A DNA stretch of 63,978 nt, the filler included, from Saprolegnia diclina VS20 (Eukaryota): assembly GCF_000281045.1 (NCBI RefSeq). It is 6 parts of one record of this genome, joined end to end, with 100 filler letters (N's around TTAATTAATTAA, not from the genome) between each part and the next. Parts side by side here need not be neighbours in the genome. Positions count along the whole stretch, not along the records: positions 18,425 to 31,805 come from NW_008246078.1; positions 31,906 to 46,611 come from NW_008246078.1; 4 more parts are not named here. One strand, written 5' to 3'. The position numbers and the translations under genes are program-made. The notes beneath the pieces were generated by a model. That model ran no database searches. It was not told where the DNA came from and was given only the letters and a program-made list of their open reading frames with translations. Shown here in pieces: positions 23,581 to 32,553 of the stretch (position 1 is the stretch's first letter; each line of letters begins with the position of its first letter).

Positions 23581-24368
23581 AGTTTTCCTATTGACAGACT
23601 CCTTGCTGCGTCTCAGGGGGCGCACGGGCCGTTTCCAAGCAGTGGAAGAGGTTTTCCGAGCAAGTCCGAGCGATCTAGAAGACCAAGATCCAAAAGCAAA
23701 CACAAGATCCAAGATCCAGGCGCAGAGCAAGCGAGCTCAAGCCATTTCCAAATTGGTAGTCAAATAGCTAACCCACCTCGCCCACCACTGGCACGGCGGA
23801 CACCAACACGGTTGTTGCCCCCAAGTAGTTCGGTCTTGATTGAGGAAGTGCAGCAACTCAAGTTCATACACGTCCTCATATATTTCCGGATCCACTTTGC
23901 GCCGACCTTCGACCATCAACCACCTTCCTCGTGTGCACGTTGCCAATCTGTCTTGACATTGCATCAAGATGTGCACTCGTACATCGCAATCGTGAGTACA
24001 ATATTGTACAAGAATCCAAAGCGAGAGCTGCGAGGGCACGTACTCGGCGCCAGATGCCGCCTGGTGTGCATCAGCCGGGCCTTCGAGCGCCGCGGCTCCA
24101 TTCAGATCCTCGTCAAAGTACGCACCAGATACTGACTCTGCACAAAGTACTCGGTCGTTCGAACCAGAAGCCGAAAGAACCATCGGCTTTATGCCAGTTC
24201 GACGAGCAGAGGACGGACTTATCGACTACTAGTACATGTGTATGCTCGCCACCGACGCAGCACACCGACTCGTCTTTCGAACCAATGGTAGTCAGCTCGA
24301 AACCCAAATCAAAGTGATAATGTTGATAGGACGGCATATTTTGGCGAGTGTACGTAAACTAGTGAAAA

Positions 24369-26576
24369 CTATTCAGTGACCTTGACGTCGCCGCGGCAGT
24401 GGTATGTCTGCTCGTTGATCGCCGTCCACTTGTCGAGCGGGAGCTTGATCGGGTTGGCGCCGCTCTGGATCGACTCGAGGAGCATGAGGTCGTGCGACTT
24501 CATGTTCTCCATGCCCATGAGCTTCTTGAACTCNNNNNNNNNNNNNNNNNNNNNNNNNNNNNNNNNNNNNNNNNNNNNNNNNNNNNNNNNNNNNNNNNNN
24601 NNNNNNNNNNNNNNNNNNNNNNNNNNNNNNNNNNNNNNNNNNNNNNNNNNNNNNNNNNNNNNNNNNNNNNNNNNNNNNNNNNNNNNNNNNNNNNNNNNNN
24701 NNNNNNNNNNNNNNNNNNNNNNNNNNNNNNNNNNNNNNNNNNNNNNNNNNNNNNNNNNNNNNNNNNNNNNNNNNNNNNNNNNNNNNNNNNNNNNNNNNNN
24801 NNNNNNNNNNNNNNNNNNNNNNNNNNNNNNNNNNNNNNNNNNNNNNNNNNNNNNNNNNNNNNNNNNNNNNNNNNNNNNNNNNNNNNNNNNNNNNNNNNNN
24901 NNNNNNNNNNNNNNNNNNNNNNNNNNNNNNNNNNNNNNNNNNNNNNNNNNNNNNNNNNNNNNNNNNNNNNNNNNNNNNNNNNNNNNNNNNNNNNNNNNNN
25001 NNNNNNNNNNNNNNNNNNNNNNNNNNNNNNNNNNNNNNNNNNNNNNNNNNNNNNNNNNNNNNNNNNNNNNNNNNNNNNNNNNNNNNNNNNNNNNNNNNNN
25101 NNNNNNNNNNNNNNNNNNNNNNNNNNNNNNNNNNNNNNNNNNNNNNNNNNNNNNNNNNNNNNNNNNNNNNNNNNNNNNNNNNNNNNNNNNNNNNNNNCCT
25201 TCGATGCTGCTGCTCACATCGGCGAGCGTCTTCGACTGACCGGACGGCAGTACGGTCGACTTGATGTTGACAAAACTCATATCGGGCGTGAACTTGGCGT
25301 TCGCCCAGTTTCCGCGGCTCCACTGGTACGACGTCTGGAAGCCCGTGAGCTCGCGCGCAATGCTCGAGCACGTCGAGACCGACTTGCACTCGCCGGCGCG
25401 GAAGGCCACACTGTCTTGAACGTAATCAAAGTACGGAATCGTGACACACCCAAATGACGGGTCGAGGGACCGGAGCATGTTCTCGAAGCCGAGCAGGAAG
25501 CGACGGTGCCAGTAGAGGAAGACGCACGTGCCGTGAGCTTCGTACCACGTCATCTGGTTGCGGTGGATCTTGGCAAAGAGAGCGTAGTTGCCATTCGACA
25601 TGGCAGTCTCGATCGCCTTCTTGTACGTCGCCTTCTCCGTCTCCGAGTACGAGTCCCACGACTTACGCGTGCGGGCGCACACCGGGGCCGTCGTGGGCGC
25701 CACCGTCGGGGCAGTCGTAGGAGCGACGGTCGGGGCAGTTGTCGGGGCAACGGTCGGAGCAGCCGTAGGAGCAGTCGTCGGTGCAGCCGTAGGAGCTGTC
25801 GTCGGGGCGACCGTGGGAGCAGCCGTGGGGGCGACCGTGGGCGCTTGCGTCGGAGCGTCAGTGGGCGCTTGCGTGGGGGCATCGGTCGGGGCAACCGTGG
25901 GCGCTTGCGTGGGGGCATCGGTCGGGGCAACCGTAGGGGCTTGGGTAGGAGCATCGGTCGGGGCGACAGTGGGCGCCTGCGTCGGTGCATCGGTCGGGGC
26001 AACTGTAGGGGCTTGGGTAGGAGCATTGGTCGGCATTGGCGTCGGCGGGTACGTGGGCTTGGCTGTGGAGGGACTCGGCGTCGGGCTCGGCAGCGATCGC
26101 GACCCGGACGTCGCACCCCACACACCGTTGTAGCGCACGGCGTCCTTGCTGTGCATCATGCACCAGCCGAGGTACGACGTGAAGCGTTCGCAGCGCGGGT
26201 TGGCGTCGCAGTCGGCGCAGCAGCCCGCGGGCGTAAAGCGGAAGGTCGACCCGACGTCCGCGCCCCAGTAGTACGTGTCGGCTTGGAGCCGGCTGCAGCT
26301 CGAGGGTGCGGTCGACTTGAGCGTCGCCGACGTTGCGCCCCAGAGACTCCGCGCCGTGCCCGTGCTCGCCTTGAGATAGCACGTCCCGTAATAGTGGACA
26401 TAGGCAGCGCAGCCGTCGGTGTTTTGGCAGTCGGTGCAGCACTCGGACGCAAAGAAGCGGTAGCTCTTGGCAATCACGTCGCCCGGGAGGTCGGTGTTGT
26501 ACTGCTGGCCGCTGCACTGGGACGAGAGCGTCGCGTTCGCGGTGCCCGCGAGAAGAAGAAGCAGGGATACCTTCAT
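24369..26576 (-). CDS. Secreted 2xPAN/Apple + Pro/Thr linker + tyrosinase (internal N gap 24534-25197)
   Basis: Signal peptide MKVSLLLLLAGTANA; two CC.DC....C PAN modules; PT repeats; RTRKSW and CuA IH...EAHGTCVFLYWHR; C-terminus homologous to the other tyrosinases. Confidence 0.88.
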   Translation of the reverse strand: MKVSLLLLLAGTANATLSSQCSGQQYNTDLPGDVIAKSYRFFASECCTDCQNTDGCAAYVHYYGTCYLKASTGTARSLWGATSATLKSTAPSSCSRLQADTYYWGADVGSTFRFTPAGCCADCDANPRCERFTSYLGWCMMHSKDAVRYNGVWGATSGSRSLPSPTPSPSTAKPTYPPTPMPTNAPTQAPTVAPTDAPTQAPTVAPTDAPTQAPTVAPTDAPTQAPTVAPTDAPTQAPTDAPTQAPTVAPTAAPTVAPTTAPTAAPTTAPTAAPTVAPTTAPTVAPTTAPTVAPTTAPVCARTRKSWDSYSETEKATYKKAIETAMSNGNYALFAKIHRNQMTWYEAHGTCVFLYWHRRFLLGFENMLRSLDPSFGCVTIPYFDYVQDSVAFRAGECKSVSTCSSIARELTGFQTSYQWSRGNWANAKFTPDMSFVNIKSTVLPSGQSKTLADVSSSIEXXXXXXXXXXXXXXXXXXXXXXXXXXXXXXXXXXXXXXXXXXXXXXXXXXXXXXXXXXXXXXXXXXXXXXXXXXXXXXXXXXXXXXXXXXXXXXXXXXXXXXXXXXXXXXXXXXXXXXXXXXXXXXXXXXXXXXXXXXXXXXXXXXXXXXXXXXXXXXXXXXXXXXXXXXXXXXXXXXXXXXXXXXXXXXXXXXXXXXXXXXXXXXXXXXXXXXXXXXXXXXEFKKLMGMENMKSHDLMLLESIQSGANPIKLPLDKWTAINEQTYHCRGDVKVTE
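25684..26040 (-). repeat. Coding minisatellite (12-nt TxAP units in 36/24-nt periods), mucin-like linker
   Basis: TQAPTVAPTDAP about 4x, then TVAP/TTAP/TAAP units. Confidence 0.9.
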
Positions 26577-27949
26577 ACCGTTGTGTGTACGAGGTGGTGA
26601 ATTGGACAATGGCAATTCGAATCCGAGAGGCAGACGGACCGGACGCCATGCGGGCATTTTTGCACGGAGTGAGATCCGGTCGCGCCATCTGTTGACCTCG
26701 ATCAGGAGGCCACCTAGACAGGCCGCTTCCAAAGATCCGTTGGCAATGTTCCAACCCAAGAGCGAGCGGTGGCGTCGCGCGTGGTGGCGGAGGTGCCCCA
26801 AGCGCAATCTCGGAACGGCAATCTCAGAAAGCCTCGCACCATACACTGTACGCCATACTCTGCTTTCGCCACATTGCACTTGATCGTCACGCGGCCTGAG
26901 ACGACTTCAAATACCGAGACGGCACACCATAATATGCGGCAGAGGTGCGTCGACACAGAGAGGTGGACGCGGCACCCAATTACGTGCAGTGTCCCACGCC
27001 ACTTTGGAGAGCCAGTGCGCTGGATGCCCAAGGCCACGACGTTCGAAAGGAGCCCATGTGCGATTGATGTCGCCGCATGCGGTGCATGACGCGTGGGTGT
27101 GTTGGAAGGGGATGAGGACCTGGTCGGTGCGAGCCGGCGGCATGGGTATATTCCTAACAAGGTGCAAAATTTCAACGCCATCCAAATACGATGTCGATCT
27201 CGCCCGACGACTCTGCATGCAGCGTCCCGTCCTATGGCCACCCATCGACGCGTCGACGACGGCGAGCAAAAGATGATCGGAGGATACTTGCCGCAGCGTC
27301 GATGCGGCGGCTCCGTCGTAGACCGGACGTTTCCCCGTTGACGCGACCAGAAAGCAAATCAACACTATTCGTGAAAAAAAGATATATCCGAGGCGCATTT
27401 TTACGTGTTCTAGTGTGTGTGCCACCGCCTCTGCGCGCTACAACTAATGAAAACGCTGTTCCGTGGCCTTCGGTGAATGGCCCACGCGCAAAGAGCTGCA
27501 GCGAGATTGCGAGCACATTGACGTGCAGCCTAGCGGGTCCAGATATATGCGGTCGCACGGTGCCGAATTGTGTATACTGTAAGCGCGGGAGATTCCCCAT
27601 CAGTAGTGAAGGGCACACACCAAGGCTGTCGAGAAACGATCGAGAGGCTCGAACATGGGCCCACTGTTGCTCCCGCGGTGCGCCTTTTGTGCTTTGAGCT
27701 CTTCGCTCATTGGGCTTTTGGATGCTGAAGTGACGCACGGTGGCGACGAGCTTCTGCACTCGCGTTGGCATTGTCGTGGACGCCCTCACAGCGTTGTGAC
27801 ACCGTAGAGTGGTATGCGTTGTGTTGCATTCGACTCGTTTCTTCCGTTGCCTCGACCTGGTTCATCCTGGTTCGCCCTCGTCAGGCGGTACAATATACAT
27901 GTAATCGCAACCAGCGACCAACGGTATACCAAAATGGAAACGGACCTTG

Positions 27950-28760
27950 CGCATTACGGAAGCACCTGGTTGTGGTCGTCAAGCTGCGCAGCTACATGGC
28001 GCGCGGTCGGGCGACGCTTGGAGTATCGTGCCGTGCACGCATGCGCGAGCTCAACAAACCAGCGCAGGCAGCTCTCGTCCGCGACGAGGAAGCGCTTGGG
28101 GCGTGATCTGGACGAAGATTTCAGTGTCCGACACGAGCTGACCCCTGCTGTTGACCACATTTGCACACAGGATGCGATGCGTGTCGAGCTCGGTGAGGAC
28201 GACGCCGAGACTGTACACGCCGATGCTCTCGTCGCTGCCGACGACCTCGGGCGCCATCTAGTGGAAGGAACCGACGTCCATCGTCGCCTTCGCCAGACAG
28301 CGTGCATGTGGCGGAAAAGTAACCGAGCTTGGCGCCAAGACTTTGCCTCAAAACGATCGTGCTTGACTTGAGGTCGCGGTACGCGTACCGTGGGGTGAGA
28401 CCGTGAAGCTACGCAAAGCCGTGAGCAAGCCATTTTGGAGTTTGGATTTGACGATATACTGTACGCTTCGGCGCTAAGGCGCGAACCACGTTGTAAAGTG
28501 TCCGTCATCTGCGAGTATCATTGTGGCAGGATTTGTAGAAGTTGGAAGACAATCATATAATGTGATCGCAGCCAACATAGGTGGCAGAAGCTCGATTTAG
28601 TACATGTACAAATCGCACCGCGCAAGAAGGGCAATCTCGGCTGGTTGGCGTCTCCATTGCTACTGTGTGATTATGTACCATCTTAAGCTCGGGCGGAGAT
28701 GCCCGAGCCAAAGCGTACCATACGCACCAAGGTCAAGTGCTCGCCGCCGACGATGTACGT
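27950..28760 (-). pseudogene. Degenerate TKL kinase pseudogene
   Basis: Remnants GAYGTLWLG, RDLKS, MAPEVV, VYSLGVVLTELDTH scattered over frames with stops. Confidence 0.75.
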
Positions 28761-29200
28761 CCGCGGAATGTTGTGCTAACGTTAGCTGCTCCAGGCCCGA
28801 CTCGAACACCTCACACCATCGCTCGTGCTCGATTGTGCTTTCTGGTGCAATTGTTGCCTCACTGCCTCGGTATCGATTTAGCTCACGCGTTTCTGGCTGC
28901 ACCTTGTGCACGGGGTTGTCCCGCATCGAACGCCACGTCCAGCGCATAATATGACGACCGCCAAGGGCTCCGCGTCGTCGCGCAAGTCAATTCGCTTAGA
29001 GCAGTACACACATCTGTTTCCAGTACCATGCAGCCGCTGAATCACTCGCCACGGTATCTATATAAGCGAATTCCAACTTTCGTCCTCCAGCACATATTGG
29101 CAGCCGCTGTCTCGCTTTTTGCAAAGTCCAGGTCAATATTGCTCTGGATGCTCGTCAGCAGTGCCGGCCGTCAATGATGATTCATTCCGCCTTTATCTCC

Positions 29201-30658
29201 ATGGTCTCGACGTCGCTTCTTCTCGCCGCTGCCGGCTTGGCGTTCATCGTATCGTCGGTCGACGCTGCGTGCCCGGCCCGCGTCCGCAAGTCGTGGAACC
29301 GCTACTCGGTGCAGGAAAAGGCCACGTACAAGAAGGCGGTCGCCAAGGCCATGGACACGCCGCTCTACGAACGCTTCATCTCGATGCACTCGGACCAAAT
29401 GAGCAACACGGAAGCCCACGGCACGTGTGTCTTTCTCTTCTGGCACCGCAAGTTTCTTCTCGGGTACGAGAACATGCTTCGGAGCATGGGCTCCGAGTTT
29501 GCGTGCGTGACGCTGCCGTACTACGACTATGTCCAAGACAACCTCGGGTTTGCCGCCAAGAGCTGCGCCACTATCGAAGCGTGCTCGTCGCTTTTGCGGG
29601 ACATGGGTGGTTCGAGTGGCCGATCAACGACCATCAAGATTCAAAAGTTCAACGTCCAGGGCAACTGCGTCGCGACCGAGCCGGTCAACCACTTTTGCGA
29701 GTCGACGGCCAGCTGCACCAAATGTGTGCCCCGGGGTCCATGGTCCACGACCAAGTTTGGCGCCGACGTCGGCTTTGCGTCCATCAAGAAGCAAATCTTC
29801 AAGGGTACGACCATCGCGCAAGCCAGCGCTGCGATCGAGCTTGCGCCCCACGGGTCGATCCACGGCACGCTGAGCAGCACGATGAACAACATTTACATTT
29901 CGCCGACCGAGCCAGTGTTTTACTCGCACCACGCGATGATTGACGCGCTCCAGACCATTTACCTCAAGTGCCGCGTCCGCGACAAGGGCATTACCTCTGG
30001 CGACATGATCTTCCAAGGGTGCCAGTCGACGTCGGGAACGCCGATCACTGGCAACTCCAAGATCGCCATGCGTGTCGTCGTTAATGGCAAGGCCGTGCCC
30101 GTCGACGACGAGCCAAGCGTCAAGGGTTTTTTTGCGGGCCTCCCCACCACGTACATGGGCTACACGGACGCGACGCGCCTCAATGCCCACAGCTATGCGT
30201 ACGAGTTTACCGGCCTCTTGAGCGAGCTCTACGACAAGTGCGAGAACGCGGGCACGACACCGACACCGGCGCCGCGCCGCCTGGACACCACCACCAACGC
30301 GACCCTTGAGCACGCGACGCTTTCGGCCGAGAGCTGCAACCTCGTCGACGCGCAAACGTACCTGAAATGGAGCTACGCCATGCACGCGGCCGGCGCGGCG
30401 CAGCACCTCACGAGCGCGCAAGTCGACGACGATATTGAAAAAGTGCGCGCCGCGTTCTACGACGACTGTCTTCAGGCGTCAGAAGATTTCACGCCCGAGT
30501 TCAAAGCCATGTGGCATTTTCCCGCGCGCTGGGACGTTCAAGTGCTCAAGAGCGTCAAGGACGGTTCGCGGCCCATTCAACTCCAAGGCTGGGCCGACCT
30601 CAACATGCAGCATTTTGGCTGCCGCGGTGATGCGACCATCAAGCCGATTTGCGTTTAG
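29201..30658 (+). CDS. Secreted tyrosinase
   Basis: Signal peptide MVSTSLLLAAAGLAFIVSSVDA; CuA MH...EAHGTCVFLFWHR; CuB PHGSIHG...SPTEPVFYSHH; Inr-like TTCATTCC about 20 nt upstream. Confidence 0.93.
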   Translation: MVSTSLLLAAAGLAFIVSSVDAACPARVRKSWNRYSVQEKATYKKAVAKAMDTPLYERFISMHSDQMSNTEAHGTCVFLFWHRKFLLGYENMLRSMGSEFACVTLPYYDYVQDNLGFAAKSCATIEACSSLLRDMGGSSGRSTTIKIQKFNVQGNCVATEPVNHFCESTASCTKCVPRGPWSTTKFGADVGFASIKKQIFKGTTIAQASAAIELAPHGSIHGTLSSTMNNIYISPTEPVFYSHHAMIDALQTIYLKCRVRDKGITSGDMIFQGCQSTSGTPITGNSKIAMRVVVNGKAVPVDDEPSVKGFFAGLPTTYMGYTDATRLNAHSYAYEFTGLLSELYDKCENAGTTPTPAPRRLDTTTNATLEHATLSAESCNLVDAQTYLKWSYAMHAAGAAQHLTSAQVDDDIEKVRAAFYDDCLQASEDFTPEFKAMWHFPARWDVQVLKSVKDGSRPIQLQGWADLNMQHFGCRGDATIKPICV

Positions 30659-30915
30659 GTATCGATTTTTTTGACTACCTGCTCGTGGCCTTGATCGTAA
30701 TCTGTGTACATGTTGCGTTGTCCGATGCCTTGAAACGTGCAGTGGTGCAGTGCACACAGCTGCTGCGATGGTCGCCGGTCATCTTTCCGAGAGTGCATGC
30801 GTCGCGCTCGACGAATTGAGACCAGCATGCAGATACGATACGACACCGTGTGCGCGTTTTCGACGCGACATATGCGGTTGCGTCGACTGGCACAGCGAGT
30901 TGCAAGCGACTTGTA

Positions 30916-30987
30916 TAGCCCATGTAGATATCTCAGATCTAGCCCATGTAGATATCTCAGATCTAGCCCATGTAGATATCTCAGATC
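30916..30987. repeat. Perfect 24-bp tandem repeat x3
   Basis: tagcccatgtagatatctcagatc x3, no spacers. Confidence 0.95.
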
Positions 30988-31346
30988 TCATTTCTGCCGC
31001 GTCCTGCGCTCTCGAGATGTATCACCTTATCGCACGGACGTAAAGAACCACAGACTAGTAACGTTGTTGTGCGCTGAACAACGTTCAGGCAGGCGCAACC
31101 CAGGGTACGTCCAGTATATTGAATGTATATACCCTTGGACGGTCAACCTCAACCTCAAGGGCTGGCGCGCCGCCTGGACTCCCAAGCGACAAAAAGCCAT
31201 TGGATGCGCGACGGCTTCATGCAACGTCGACGAATTGTGCATCTGCTGCTCGTAGTGCAACTTACTACCTGATCCTCCGTCACGTTGACCTCGATCTTCC
31301 ACGCATTTCATATGAAAAATCAACGGCGCCAACTAAAATGAGATTC

Positions 31347-31805
31347 TTATCCCTCCAAGCGACGTACTTCCCGATGCAACGTCGAGGCGGCTTGCAGTGC
31401 GGTGGGTCGAAGCGTCGGGTCTTGCGACATGCACGCCACACCGAGCTCTTGGTACCAGGCCGGGCTTGCATGCGAGAAGCTCGGTCGGAACTCGCCGGCC
31501 ATGACCTTGGCCATGATCGCCGTGTCCGTGTACGGCCGCCCGCTCGCGTTGCGCAGGTTTGCGTACGGCAGATCGTGCGTGTCGAGCTCAGTGAGGAGCA
31601 CGCCGAGCGCATAGATATCGGCCGACTCGTCGTAATGGCCTTCTTGAAGCACCTCGGGCGCCATCCAGCGGTACGTGCCAATGCCGGCGGTCATGGTCGC
31701 GTCGTCCAGCTCGCGCGAGATGCCAAAGTCCGTGAGCTTGGCCGTCATGTTGGTGTTGAGGAGTACGTTGCGGGACTTGAGATCGCGGTGCAGCACCTTG
31801 GGCTC
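31347..31805 (-). CDS. TKL kinase C-lobe, partial; near-identical to 16697-17155
   Basis: HRDLKSRN..DFG..WMAPE; about six substitutions versus the first copy; cut by the spacer. Confidence 0.85.
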   Translation of the reverse strand, partial: EPKVLHRDLKSRNVLLNTNMTAKLTDFGISRELDDATMTAGIGTYRWMAPEVLQEGHYDESADIYALGVLLTELDTHDLPYANLRNASGRPYTDTAIMAKVMAGEFRPSFSHASPAWYQELGVACMSQDPTLRPTALQAASTLHREVRRLEG

Positions 31806-31905
31806 NNNNNNNNNNNNNNNNNNNNNNNNNNNNNNNNNNNNNNNNNNNNTTAATTAATTAANNNNNNNNNNNNNNNNNNNNNNNNNNNNNNNNNNNNNNN
31901 NNNNN
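31806..31905. other. Artificial scaffold spacer
   Basis: N44-TTAATTAATTAA-N44. Confidence 0.97.
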
Positions 31906-32000
31906 GGCCGACTGCCCGTTCGACTGCTGGTGCTGCTTTTAAATTAACGAAAAATCCTGCCACGTATTACATATTGCAAGTGTATCGAGCGCGACCGACT
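31906..32000. repeat. Exact reverse complement of bases 1-95 (scaffold overlap; includes DUF1764 3' end)
   Basis: Base-by-base match over 95 nt at the ends of two scaffolds. Confidence 0.95.
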
Positions 32001-32284
32001 TTGTCTTTTTCACGGGCTAAGAACCAATTTGTCCAGATTCGCACGGGAGCAAATCGGTACGTGGAAGCCCGAGATCAAAAATCTTTGCTTTCTCGTTCCG
32101 GCATCTTTGGTTAGTGTCGTTGGTTTAGGCAAGAGTGGCGCTGATAGTTTGTGCATTTTCTTACATTTGAGCGAAATTCTACCTGTCAATCAGACCGTAT
32201 TACTTGTATCCGGTAGCCAAGAGAAGGCGCCGAGGGTCAGTTCTTCGTTACGAGTTGATTTTTCAACAATGGACAACAAAAGGT

Positions 32285-32396
32285 TGTCCTCCCCGGGAAT
32301 CGAAGCGGGACATTGTATTCTTTTCATGCTGAGTTGGGAAAGACGAAGCGTCTTCTCGCCCTGATATCTGTGACCGACCACGGTCGCAGAGGCGAC
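32285..32396 (-). pseudogene. Possible degenerate tRNA-derived sequence (pseudo-tRNA or SINE head)
   Basis: B-box-like GCTTCGATTCCCGG, 3' GGAGGACA followed by CCTTTT, weak A-box; stems imperfect. Confidence 0.3.
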
Positions 32397-32553
32397 GTTG
32401 ACCGGTCATGACATTCCCTTATACAAGTACATTTGACACAAAGCAAGGCGCCACGCGTGGTATGTTATACTTGCATAAGCGAATTTACCCGCATGTCGCA
32501 CCGAAAGACACCACCAATGGGACCCACATTTTCAAACGCGCAGCCATCTTGAC

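Noticed and set aside
30916..30987. CRISPR-like array
   Set aside because: Head-to-tail repeats without spacers, no cas genes, eukaryotic context
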